64,000 nucleotides of DNA from assembly GCA_017450215.1 (NCBI GenBank), contig JAFSVH010000017.1, forward strand, positions 3,497 through 67,496, read 5' to 3'. The translations under genes were made by a program, and so were the position numbers. The notes beneath the pieces are model-generated. The model saw only the letters and a program-made list of their open reading frames with translations, did no database searches and had not been told where the DNA came from. Positions 49,641-58,792 of this stretch are shown one piece after another (position 1 is the stretch's first letter; each line of letters opens with the position of its first letter). This DNA comes from Bacilli bacterium (GTDB lineage: Bacteria > Bacillota_I > Bacilli_A > ML615J-28 > CAG-698).

Positions 49641-51407
49641 ATGTATATATTTAAATCGTTAAAATTAGTAATATCCAAACAACCAGGATTATTATTTGTT
49701 GAAATAATTAATACATTATTAGGGATGGTAATAGCAATTATCCCTATTAGAGTTGTTAAGTATATTGTTGAATCATACGAAAATGCTTTAGAATTTAGTA
49801 GTATCATTTCAAAAGTAATTATTTATTTTGCAATATGTCTTCTAATAAGTGTTGTTTTGTTTTTAACAAGTCTTTACGAGCAAAGGATTAGTCGTTTATT
49901 TAATGCTAAGGTGTCCGTAGTATTTTATGAAAAGTTGTCAACAATTGATTATAGTTTTCATGATAACCCAATGTTTTTAAATGATTTTACTAGATCTTTA
50001 GAGGAAGGTGTAGATAATATTTATAGACTTGCTAATAGTTCTTTAAAGGTTGTTGAGCAAGGTATCAAGAGTTTGAGTGTTTTGCTTGCTATTATAGCCA
50101 TTAATTTTAATATAGTTTATGCAATCATTGGAATAACAATTTTATATATGTTAGTTGCACTAAGGATAGGTTTGTTAAATAATAAACGTTGGAAAGCAGA
50201 AAGACCATTCAGAAGAAAAGTATGGTATAACAATAGAATGTTTACTTTAAAAGATGGAATGGCTGATATTAAAATTAGTGATATTGATGATATGCTAATT
50301 GATAATAATAATGAAGCAAATAATAATTTAATAAAACAAGCTAAAAAATATAATTCTAGAACGGCTGCTTGGGGTGTTGTTTCACAAGTGCTATTGGTTT
50401 CAATATACCCATTATCAATTTTGTTATTATCTTATGTTACGAAAGATAGCAATGCTTTAAGTTTAGCTGGCTTTTCTAGTTTAACTGTTGCTGCTACAAC
50501 TATGGCATCTCTTATTACAAGTTTGATTAGCCCGGTTGGAACGGTACTTGATACACTCCCTGAAGTTAAAGTTCCATTTGATTTATTAAAAATGGAAGGA
50601 AAAATAGAGGGTGCTGATTATGGTGATACTATTGAAGAATTTAAAAATATTAAAATAACACATGCTGATTTTGGATACACAGAAGATAGAATTATTTTAA
50701 AAGATGTGAATTTTGAAGTTAACAAGGGCGATAGAATAGCTATAGTAGGCGCAAATGGAGCAGGAAAAACGACGATTGTAAAGTTGTTACTTAGATTATA
50801 TGATGTCACTAATGGTGAAATATCAATTAATGGCAATTCGTATTTACAAACTAGTCCTGAAAAATTAAGAAAGATTGTTGGAGCTGTATTTCAAAATGTA
50901 GAATTATATGCTGTATCAATTGGCGAGAATGTATTACTTAGAAAGCCACAAAGTGAAGAAGATTATGAATTGATTGAAAAAGCATTAAAGTTTAGTGGTT
51001 TATATGAAACTGTTATGGCTTTACCAGAAGGAATTAATACAGAGATAAGTAGAGAGTTTAGAAGAACTGGTGAAATATTATCAGGAGGTCAAGCTCAAAG
51101 ACTTGCTATTGCTAGAGGGTATGCGCAAAACTATCAGTTAATTATTTTTGATGAACCATCTAGTGCATTAGATCCGCTTGCTGAAGCTAAAGTATATAAT
51201 AATATGATTGAGATGGGGAAAGATAAGACAATTATTTTTATATCTCATAGATTAACATCTACAGTTCATGCCAGCAAAATCTATTTATTTGATGAAGGTA
51301 AAATAATAGAAAGTGGCACACATGAAGAATTAATGAAGCTAGGCGGCACATATCATAGGATGTTTGTCTCTCAAGCTGCTAAGTATTTAGGAGAAGATTA
51401 TGAATAG
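49641..51407 (+). CDS. ABC exporter subunit (N-terminal 6-TM domain plus C-terminal ATPase), half-transporter A
   Basis: Walker A GANGAGKTT, signature LSGGQAQRLAIAR and Walker B IIFDEPSS. Start moved to the ATG at 49641 with an AAAGGTGA RBS. Confidence 0.8.
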   Translation: MYIFKSLKLVISKQPGLLFVEIINTLLGMVIAIIPIRVVKYIVESYENALEFSSIISKVIIYFAICLLISVVLFLTSLYEQRISRLFNAKVSVVFYEKLSTIDYSFHDNPMFLNDFTRSLEEGVDNIYRLANSSLKVVEQGIKSLSVLLAIIAINFNIVYAIIGITILYMLVALRIGLLNNKRWKAERPFRRKVWYNNRMFTLKDGMADIKISDIDDMLIDNNNEANNNLIKQAKKYNSRTAAWGVVSQVLLVSIYPLSILLLSYVTKDSNALSLAGFSSLTVAATTMASLITSLISPVGTVLDTLPEVKVPFDLLKMEGKIEGADYGDTIEEFKNIKITHADFGYTEDRIILKDVNFEVNKGDRIAIVGANGAGKTTIVKLLLRLYDVTNGEISINGNSYLQTSPEKLRKIVGAVFQNVELYAVSIGENVLLRKPQSEEDYELIEKALKFSGLYETVMALPEGINTEISREFRRTGEILSGGQAQRLAIARGYAQNYQLIIFDEPSSALDPLAEAKVYNNMIEMGKDKTIIFISHRLTSTVHASKIYLFDEGKIIESGTHEELMKLGGTYHRMFVSQAAKYLGEDYE

Positions 51408-53211
51408 AAATCAACTCTTAAACAAAAAGGTAACCTTCAAAGACGTATTAAAAACAAATCTAAAAGTATTAAAATTTGTTTTTAAAATATGTCCAGCCTA
51501 CATTATATTCTCAATTTTCTATATTCTTGCTTCTACATTTGAAGCAGTTGTAGAAGTGCATTTGATTAGTGATGTAATAACATTAATAAGTAATCATGCT
51601 GAATTTAAAGTATTACTTTCAAATATTGCTTATCATATTATTGTTATTGCTGCTTGTTATATTGTTATAACTATATATGATTCTTATATTAAATCTATAT
51701 ATTCATATAAGTACAGGAAAGGAATACAAGAATATTTATATAGAAAAGTTAAACTGATTGATATTTCTTGTTATGATGATCCTGATTTCTATGATAAGTT
51801 TTCAAGGGGCTTGACTGATGCTTCTATGCGTGGAATTTCAACATATGAAATGTTTGTTAACTTTGTGAAAAGTATTTTAACCGCTATCGCTTTAGGAACA
51901 TACGTAGTAGTGGGAGATTATATTTTACTTATAATAATTGTCTTGTCTTCTGTTACGAATGTAATAATGAATAATATCAGTATTAAGCTATGGCATGGAG
52001 TATGGCATGAAGCTTCTACAGACAGAAGATTCTATTGGTATATTAGAAGAGTATTCTATGGACAACGCTATGCAGCAGAAATAAAAACAACTCCAATTAG
52101 GAAATTATTAATTAGTAAATATAAAGAAAAAGTAGAAAATGTTGAGAAAATATACAATAAAACTTATAAAAAAGTAGTATTACCACATGTGGTTTCAAGC
52201 TTTTCTACACAACTTCTTCAACAGGCTGGAAGCTATTTGTATTTAGCTTATAGATTGTTTAAGTCTTTTATTGATATTTCTGCTTTTACAACTTTAGCTA
52301 ATGCAACATTTAAGTTTGCTAATAATTTTCAAAATGCAATGAATATATATACAAACTTAAGAGAGAACTCACTTTATAGCGAAGACTTTTTGTGGATTTT
52401 AGAATATGAACCACAAACAGAAAAAGATGATGGAGTGCCAATTGATGAATTTGAAACACTAGAAATAAAGAATATTTCGTTTGCATATCCAAAAAATAAA
52501 TTTAATAGCATAAATAATTTGTCAATGACAATTAAAAAAGGAGATAAAATCGCTATAGTTGGTGATAATGGTGGTGGTAAAACGACTTTAATGAAGTTGC
52601 TACTAAGATTTTATGAACCCAAGGAAGGCGCAATTATTTACAATAATCAAAACTTAGGTGTATATGATAGAAAGGCACTAAGAAAGAATTATTCTATTAT
52701 TTTCCAAGATTTTCAAATTTATGCAATTAGTATTGCAGAGAACGTTTTATTAAGAAGATGTGGGACCAAAGAAGATGAAGAAATAGTATGGCATGCTTTA
52801 CAAATGGTTGGATTGTATGATTATGTTAAAGAATTACCTGATGGTATATATACTGAAGTTAGTAAAGAATTTGATAAAGATGGTGTGAATTTCAGTGGTG
52901 GTGAAAAGCAAAGACTTGCAATTGCAAGAGTATTTGCATCAAATGCAGATATTTACATTCTTGATGAACCAACAGCATCATTAGATCCTATTGCTGAAGA
53001 AAGAATTAATAAATTAATACTAAACAATGCAGGAAACAAAACTATGATTATTATTGCTCATAGATTATCAACAGTTGTAGATTTAGATAAAATTTATTTA
53101 ATTAGGAATGGTGCTATAATAGAATCAGGTACACATGAAGAATTATTAGCTTTAAATGGAGTATATAACGAAATGTTTTTAACTCAGAAAAAGTTATATC
53201 AAAAAGATTAA
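51400..53211 (+). CDS. ABC exporter subunit (6-TM domain plus ATPase), half-transporter B; forms a heterodimer with the preceding gene
   Basis: Walker A GDNGGGKTT, signature FSGGEKQRLAIAR and Walker B ILDEPTASLD. Overlaps the upstream gene by 8 nt. Confidence 0.8.
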   Translation: MNRNQLLNKKVTFKDVLKTNLKVLKFVFKICPAYIIFSIFYILASTFEAVVEVHLISDVITLISNHAEFKVLLSNIAYHIIVIAACYIVITIYDSYIKSIYSYKYRKGIQEYLYRKVKLIDISCYDDPDFYDKFSRGLTDASMRGISTYEMFVNFVKSILTAIALGTYVVVGDYILLIIIVLSSVTNVIMNNISIKLWHGVWHEASTDRRFYWYIRRVFYGQRYAAEIKTTPIRKLLISKYKEKVENVEKIYNKTYKKVVLPHVVSSFSTQLLQQAGSYLYLAYRLFKSFIDISAFTTLANATFKFANNFQNAMNIYTNLRENSLYSEDFLWILEYEPQTEKDDGVPIDEFETLEIKNISFAYPKNKFNSINNLSMTIKKGDKIAIVGDNGGGKTTLMKLLLRFYEPKEGAIIYNNQNLGVYDRKALRKNYSIIFQDFQIYAISIAENVLLRRCGTKEDEEIVWHALQMVGLYDYVKELPDGIYTEVSKEFDKDGVNFSGGEKQRLAIARVFASNADIYILDEPTASLDPIAEERINKLILNNAGNKTMIIIAHRLSTVVDLDKIYLIRNGAIIESGTHEELLALNGVYNEMFLTQKKLYQKD

Positions 53212-53223
53212 GGAGGAAGATGA

Positions 53224-53799
53224 ATGAAAAGTGAAAATAAATCATTTATGATTTTTGCGTGTAATTCTAAAGAAGTATCTTCTTTACTTAAAACTGTTTT
53301 AATTGATTCATTAAAGCAATCTAAAACAAAATATGAATTTATTAATAAAGATGGTGAAGATTATATTTTATTGATAAATAAAGATATAACAGATGATCTT
53401 AAAGAAACTGCGTTATCACTACTTCAAGATTTAGATAATGATATATCAGTATTAGAAGGTTTTAGATATAGTGACAAAGAACAATTAGAAGGCATCTATA
53501 AATGCTTTAAAGATTATAATTCAATCGGTTATACAAAAATTGCTGATATCATATTAAAGCTTTCTGATGAAGATTTAAAACCAATTAAGGAAATGCTACT
53601 TTCAAAATTAAAAGACAATTATTTGAAAGAGATAATAATTGGAATGTTTAAGTCTAATTTAAATATAAGTAAAGCAGCCAGTGTTGTTTATATGCATAGA
53701 AACACTATAAACAATAAACTTGATACAATACAAAAAGAAACAGGATTGGATATCCAAAATTTCTATGAAGCAATGGCTATGAATAGGATATTAAATTAA
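53224..53799 (+). CDS. Putative transcriptional regulator with a PucR/CdaR-type C-terminal HTH
   Basis: C-terminal NISKAASVVYMHRNTINNKLDTIQKETGLD resembles the PucR HTH_30 region. GGAGGAAG RBS. Confidence 0.4.
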   Translation: MKSENKSFMIFACNSKEVSSLLKTVLIDSLKQSKTKYEFINKDGEDYILLINKDITDDLKETALSLLQDLDNDISVLEGFRYSDKEQLEGIYKCFKDYNSIGYTKIADIILKLSDEDLKPIKEMLLSKLKDNYLKEIIIGMFKSNLNISKAASVVYMHRNTINNKLDTIQKETGLDIQNFYEAMAMNRILN

Positions 53800-53800
53800 T

Positions 53801-54178
53801 ATGATCATGAATACTAAAATATTTATTTGTCTAGTTTTGTTTATGTTAATATGTTGCTTGATAGGATGCAATAAAGAAAGAGAACTAGAATGTAATGATT
53901 ATAATTCTTTTGTAGAATTGAAAGAAAAAAATGAAGATTGTTTAATATTTATTCATAAAAGTGACTGTAAATATTGCGAAAAAGCATATGCTTATGTAAA
54001 TGATTATTATTATAATTCAAGTAAAGTAATAGTAGCTTATAATTTTGATTATGGAAAAATCGAAAAAATTGATGTATCTAGATTTCCAACTCTAATTAAA
54101 ATGAATAATGGAAATATGGAAATTGTAGCTATTGGCTTTAATCAAGTTAAGTTATATTTACTTGATAATGGTGATTAA
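53801..54178 (+). CDS. Thioredoxin-fold lipoprotein with a CxxC motif
   Basis: Lipobox LIGC. CKYC motif and a thioredoxin-like FPTLI segment. Confidence 0.45.
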   Translation: MIMNTKIFICLVLFMLICCLIGCNKERELECNDYNSFVELKEKNEDCLIFIHKSDCKYCEKAYAYVNDYYYNSSKVIVAYNFDYGKIEKIDVSRFPTLIKMNNGNMEIVAIGFNQVKLYLLDNGD

Positions 54179-54203
54179 TAAATTTGGTAAATAATAAACA
54201 AAA

Positions 54204-54237
54204 TAAGATTGTGCATATTGCACAATCTTTTATTTTT
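54204..54237 (+). terminator. Intrinsic terminator (AAGATTGTGCA-tat-TGCACAATCTT plus T-run)
   Basis: 11-bp perfect stem. Confidence 0.65.
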
Positions 54238-54312
54238 ATATAGTCAAAAAAAAGATATAGTGGTAAAATCGCTATGTATAAAAAAATATGTTAATGTTTA
54301 AGGAGGAATTTT

Positions 54313-55431
54313 ATGGCAACAGTAACATTGAAGAATATTAATAAGGTTTATGATGGCAACGTTCATGCTGTTGTAGATTTTAATCTACATGTAAAAGATC
54401 GTGAATTCGTAGTATTTGTAGGACCTTCTGGATGTGGTAAAACTACTACATTAAGAATGATTGCAGGACTAGAAGATATCACATCTGGTGAATTAAGAAT
54501 TGATGATGAAATCGTTAATGACGTTGCACCAAAAGATAGAAACATCGCGATGGTTTTCCAAAGTTATGCTTTGTATCCACATATGTCAGTTTATGATAAC
54601 ATGGCATTTGGTTTGAAATTACGTAAGTTTGGACGTGATGAAATTGACAGACGTGTACAAGATGCAGCTGACATTTTAGGATTAAAACCATTATTACAAA
54701 GACGTCCAAAGGCTTTGTCAGGTGGTCAAAGACAACGTGTTGCATTAGGAAGAGCTATTGTTCGTGATGCTAAGGTATTCTTAATGGACGAACCACTATC
54801 TAACCTAGATGCTAAACTACGTGTACAAATGAGAACAGAAATCATAAAGATTACTGAAAGATTAGGAATTACTACAATTTACGTAACACATGACCAAACA
54901 GAAGCTATGACAATGGCATCTAGAATCGTTGTTATGAAAGATGGTTTAGTTCAACAAATCGGTGCTCCAAAAGATATTTATGATTTCCCTAACAATAAAT
55001 TCGTTGGTGGATTCATTGGTACTCCACCTATGAACTTCTTAGAAGGAAAAATTACTGAAGATGGTTACTTCTTAACAGGTGATCATAAAGTTGGTTCATA
55101 TAAGATTAAGATTCCTGCAAATAAATTCAAAATGTTAGAAGATCAACATTATATTGAAAAAGATATTATTATGGGAATTAGACCTGAAGATATTCATGAT
55201 GAGAATGTTGTTGCTGCAACTTATCCTGAAGCAAAAGTTAAATTAAAAGTTGATGTATCAGAATTATTAGGTAGTGAAACTTTAATCTATGTTACAATGG
55301 CTGCACAACCATTAGTAGCAAAAGTTAATGCTAGAGTTGATGTTAAGATGCATGACGAAATCGAACTTGCTTTTGATATGAATAAGTGTCATTTCTTCGA
55401 TCCTAACACTGAACTTAGAATCGTTAGATAG
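54313..55431 (+). CDS. msmK: Sugar ABC transporter ATP-binding protein (MsmK/MalK-like), orphan multitask ATPase
   Basis: Walker A GPSGCGKTT, signature LSGGQRQRVALGR and a C-terminal TOBE/MalK regulatory domain. No permease gene is adjacent. Confidence 0.8.
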   Translation: MATVTLKNINKVYDGNVHAVVDFNLHVKDREFVVFVGPSGCGKTTTLRMIAGLEDITSGELRIDDEIVNDVAPKDRNIAMVFQSYALYPHMSVYDNMAFGLKLRKFGRDEIDRRVQDAADILGLKPLLQRRPKALSGGQRQRVALGRAIVRDAKVFLMDEPLSNLDAKLRVQMRTEIIKITERLGITTIYVTHDQTEAMTMASRIVVMKDGLVQQIGAPKDIYDFPNNKFVGGFIGTPPMNFLEGKITEDGYFLTGDHKVGSYKIKIPANKFKMLEDQHYIEKDIIMGIRPEDIHDENVVAATYPEAKVKLKVDVSELLGSETLIYVTMAAQPLVAKVNARVDVKMHDEIELAFDMNKCHFFDPNTELRIVR

Positions 55432-55441
55432 AAACTAATAT

Positions 55442-55480
55442 AAAAATGAGTTAGCAGTTTCGTTTGTTAACTCATTTTTT
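55442..55480 (+). terminator. Intrinsic terminator after msmK
   Basis: Stem AATGAGTTA / TAACTCATT followed by a T-run. Confidence 0.55.
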
Positions 55481-55606
55481 ACGAAAAATAAATTAGTAAT
55501 TATATTTTTGAATATTATGAAGTGCTTTTACTTTATTTTAATTCAAAAATGAAATATAATCATAAATGTAATAAGATATGAATTTAGTCAATATTAGGAG
55601 GAAAAT

Positions 55607-56806
55607 ATGAAGAAGACTATAAGAGATGTAAATTTAAAAGATAAGAAGGTATTAATTAGAGTTGATTTCAATGTACCTATGAAGAATGGTGTTATTACTA
55701 ACGATAATAGAATCGTTCAAGCTTTACCTACAATTAATTATGCATTAGAAAATGGTGCAAAAGTAATTCTATTCTCTCATTTAGGAAGAGTTAAAGAAGA
55801 AGCTGATAAGGCTGCTAATAGTTTAGCTCCAGTTGCAAAGAGATTAGAAGAATTATTAAATAAAAAAGTATACTTTGTTCCTACTACTCGTGGAAAAGAA
55901 TTAGAAGATGCTGTTAACAATATGAAAGTTGGCGATGTTGTAATGTTCGAAAACACAAGATGGGAAGATGTTCCAGATAAGAAAGAATCTAAGAACAATC
56001 CTGAATTAGGTGCATATTGGGCATCACTTGGTGATGTATTTGTAAATGATGCTTTTGGTACAGCTCATAGAGCACATGCTTCTAATGCTGGTATCGCTGC
56101 TAATATCAAAGATTCAGTTGCTGGATTCTTGATGGAAAAAGAAATTAAGTTTATTGGTGATGCAGTTGATAATCCAGTTAGACCATTCGTAGCTATTTTA
56201 GGTGGTGCAAAAGTTTCTGATAAAATTTCTGTTATTGAAAACTTATTAACTAAAGCTGATAAGATTTTAATTTGTGGTGCTATGGCTTATACATTCTATA
56301 AGGCTCAAGGCTGGGAAGTTGGAACAAGTAAATGTGAAGATGATTTTGTTGAATTTGCAAAAGGCTTATTAGAAAAAGCAAATGGTAAAATCGTATTACC
56401 ATGTGATACTGTAGTATCAGATAAATTCCCAGAAGATGGTGATGTTATTGTTAAGAAGACAGTTGCATCAAATGCTATTCCTGCTGATATGATGGGCTTA
56501 GATGTTGGAATGGGAACAATTGAATTATTCAAAAAAGAATTACAAGGTGCTAAGACTGTTGTATGGAATGGACCTGCTGGTGTGTTTGAAGTAAAAGAAT
56601 TTGCTGTTGGAACAAATGCCATTTGTGAAGCATTAGCTGAACTTGAGGGTGCTACAACTATTATTGGTGGTGGAGATTCTGCTTCTGCTGCAATCAAGTT
56701 AGGATATGAAAAGAAATTCACTCATATCTCTACAGGTGGTGGAGCAAGTTTAGAATATTTAGAAGGTAAGGAATTACCTGGTGTTGCTTGTATTAATGAC
56801 AAGTAA
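55607..56806 (+). CDS. pgk: Phosphoglycerate kinase
   Basis: 399 aa with full PGK signatures (RVDFNVP, GGGASLE). Confidence 0.92.
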   Translation: MKKTIRDVNLKDKKVLIRVDFNVPMKNGVITNDNRIVQALPTINYALENGAKVILFSHLGRVKEEADKAANSLAPVAKRLEELLNKKVYFVPTTRGKELEDAVNNMKVGDVVMFENTRWEDVPDKKESKNNPELGAYWASLGDVFVNDAFGTAHRAHASNAGIAANIKDSVAGFLMEKEIKFIGDAVDNPVRPFVAILGGAKVSDKISVIENLLTKADKILICGAMAYTFYKAQGWEVGTSKCEDDFVEFAKGLLEKANGKIVLPCDTVVSDKFPEDGDVIVKKTVASNAIPADMMGLDVGMGTIELFKKELQGAKTVVWNGPAGVFEVKEFAVGTNAICEALAELEGATTIIGGGDSASAAIKLGYEKKFTHISTGGGASLEYLEGKELPGVACINDK

Positions 56807-56844
56807 TTAATAATTAGTGTTTAAAAATTTAATAGGAGGTATAT

Positions 56845-57090
56845 ATGACAAGCGTATTACATATTAAAAATACATCTGGTATTGATGCTCGCTTAGCTCA
56901 ACAAATCGTTCAAAAAGCTTCTGAATATGAAGCTGATATGGTTTTAAGCTATTTAGGCAAAGAAGTAGACCTAAAGTCAATCCTTGGAATCATGTCTCTT
57001 GCTGTTTTAGAAGGTGCTGAAATTGAAATTATTGCGAAAGGAAATGATGCTAAAGAAGCAATCGATGCTTTAGCTCAAATGATTAAATAA
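56845..57090 (+). CDS. crh: HPr-like protein lacking the catalytic His15 (Crh-like paralog, H15D) with Ser46 retained
   Basis: Aligns with HPr and Crh: SGIDARLAQ in place of SGIHARPAT, and KSILGIMSLAV (Ser46 region) is conserved. 81 aa. Confidence 0.7.
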   Translation: MTSVLHIKNTSGIDARLAQQIVQKASEYEADMVLSYLGKEVDLKSILGIMSLAVLEGAEIEIIAKGNDAKEAIDALAQMIK

Positions 57091-57845
57091 TGAGAAAACC
57101 TATTATTGCTGGAAATTGGAAAATGTTTAAGACTAGAGATGAAGCATTACAATTCGTTTTAGCTGTAAACGAAAAGATGCCATCTATAGATAAAGTTGAT
57201 AGTGTTGTTTGTGCTCCTGCAATTCTTTTAAGAGATCTTGTAAAGAGACAAGGTGATAATTTAAGAATTGGTGCACAAAATATGCATTTTAAAGAAAGCG
57301 GAGCTTACACTGGTGAAATTTCACCTATTATGCTTACATCAACTGGTGTTACTTATGTTATTATTGGACATAGTGAAAGAAGAGCAATGTTTAATGAAAC
57401 TGATGAATCTTGTAATTTGAAACTTCATTCTGCATTTGAACATGGTTTAAAACCTATTTTATGTGTTGGTGAAAGTTTAGAACAAAGAGAAGGCGGAAAG
57501 ACAGAAGAATTATTATCATTCCAATTAGAAAATGATCTTAAAGGTTTAACCGCTGATCAAGTTAAAGAATTAGTAATTGCTTATGAACCTATTTGGGCTA
57601 TTGGTACAGGAAGAACTGCAACTAGTGATGTTGCTGATGATACTTGTGGATTCATTAGAGAAAAAGTAGCTCAATTATATAGTAAAGAAGTTGCTGAAGC
57701 TATTAGAATTCAATATGGTGGAAGCGTAAAAGTTTCAAATATTGATGAATTGATGAGTAAACCAAATATCGATGGTGCATTAATTGGTGGTGCTAGTTTA
57801 ATTGCTGAAGACTTTATTAAATTAGTTAACGCTGCTTTAAAATAA
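57090..57845 (+). CDS. tpiA: Triosephosphate isomerase
   Basis: Motifs IAGNWKMF, IGHSERR and AYEPIWAIGTG. Confidence 0.92.
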   Translation: MRKPIIAGNWKMFKTRDEALQFVLAVNEKMPSIDKVDSVVCAPAILLRDLVKRQGDNLRIGAQNMHFKESGAYTGEISPIMLTSTGVTYVIIGHSERRAMFNETDESCNLKLHSAFEHGLKPILCVGESLEQREGGKTEELLSFQLENDLKGLTADQVKELVIAYEPIWAIGTGRTATSDVADDTCGFIREKVAQLYSKEVAEAIRIQYGGSVKVSNIDELMSKPNIDGALIGGASLIAEDFIKLVNAALK

Positions 57846-57884
57846 TTAAATAGTAAAATAAATACTCATTTTTATTCTGCATTT

Positions 57885-58011
57885 ATTTTCAGGGCAAGGT
57901 GAAATTCCTGACCGGTGGTAAAGTCCACGAGCTGTTATATAAGCATGAAATGGTGAAATTCCATTACCGATAGTATAGTCTAGATGAAAGAAATAAAAGA
58001 AAGGATTATAC
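57885..58011 (+). promoter_or_regulatory. Structured 5' leader (candidate riboswitch aptamer of unassigned class) with two hairpins presenting identical UGAAAUU loops
   Basis: GGUGAAAUUCC occurs twice (57899-57909 and 57952-57962), each closing a short stem. A third hairpin GUGG-UAAAGU-CCAC lies between them. A terminator follows and the downstream gene is a putative transporter S component. Confidence 0.4.
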
Positions 58012-58050
58012 AATAGTGCCCATTATAACCTTATTTGGGCACTATTTTAT
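58012..58050 (+). terminator. Leader (attenuator) terminator: ATAGTGCCC-loop-GGGCACTAT plus T-run
   Basis: 9-bp stem at 58012-58020 / 58037-58045 followed by TTTTATTTATATT. The ORF-track N-terminus MPIITLFGHYFIYI is the translation of this hairpin. Confidence 0.55.
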
Positions 58051-58057
58051 TTATATT

Positions 58058-58789
58058 ATGAAAACAACAATAAAAGCCTTAGCTGCTGGATTAATATTAG
58101 TAGCTATTGTAACTATATCATTGATCTATTTCTTTAAAAAAGAAAACAAAGATAATTTAACAAAAAAGCAAAAAACAAGAAAAATGGCGATGGTGTCAAT
58201 ATTGAGTGCTTTATCTGTCGTGCTATACTTTTTAAAATTCCCTTTACCATTTTTTGTTAGTTTTTTAGATGTTCAATTTTCTAATTTGCCAGTGTTTCTA
58301 GCAAGTTTTATGTTTGGACCTGTTGAAGGAATTGTTGTAGCATTAATTAGAACTTTAATTAAAATTCCTTTTTCTTCAACAATGTGTGTTGGTGAATTAC
58401 AAGATTTAATTATTTCGATTACTATATCTTGTATTTCGGGAATAGTATATTTTAGAAATAAAACAAGAAAGGGAGCATTAATTTCTCTCATACTTGCTAG
58501 TGTATCTTGGGTTTTGATTGCTTTATTATCAAATGCCTTTATTTCTGTTCCTTTTTACATTAAATTTATGTTTAATGGAGATAATACAGTTATTGTTAAT
58601 ATGATTAAAGCAGTAATACCAAATACTACAAGCGAAAACTATTTAATGAATTATTTATTACTATCATGCTTACCTTTTAATATATTGTTAAGCAGTGTGG
58701 TGAGTTTAATAACTTTCTTGGTGTATAAAAGAACATCAATCTTATTTAAGAAATTTATTTATAAAGATGATATGCAAGGAGATATCTAA
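58058..58789 (+). CDS. ECF-transporter S component-like integral membrane protein (substrate unknown)
   Basis: Start moved to the ATG at 58058 (MKTTIKALAAG). Multi-TM protein with the S-component-like segment FLDVQFSNLPVFLASFMFGPVEGIVVALI. Confidence 0.45.
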   Translation: MKTTIKALAAGLILVAIVTISLIYFFKKENKDNLTKKQKTRKMAMVSILSALSVVLYFLKFPLPFFVSFLDVQFSNLPVFLASFMFGPVEGIVVALIRTLIKIPFSSTMCVGELQDLIISITISCISGIVYFRNKTRKGALISLILASVSWVLIALLSNAFISVPFYIKFMFNGDNTVIVNMIKAVIPNTTSENYLMNYLLLSCLPFNILLSSVVSLITFLVYKRTSILFKKFIYKDDMQGDI

Positions 58790-58792
58790 ATA

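Noticed and set aside
57885-58011. Assignment of the leader to the TPP or cobalamin riboswitch class
   Set aside because: Partial resemblance only: a CCUGA..GG..UAA..CC segment and GGUGAAAUUCC. The diagnostic CUGAGA box (TPP) and B12 box are missing, so the class is left open.
58016-58057. ORF-track start MPIITLFGHYFIYIM for the membrane protein
   Set aside because: These codons are the terminator hairpin and U-tract of the leader. The real start is the ATG at 58058.
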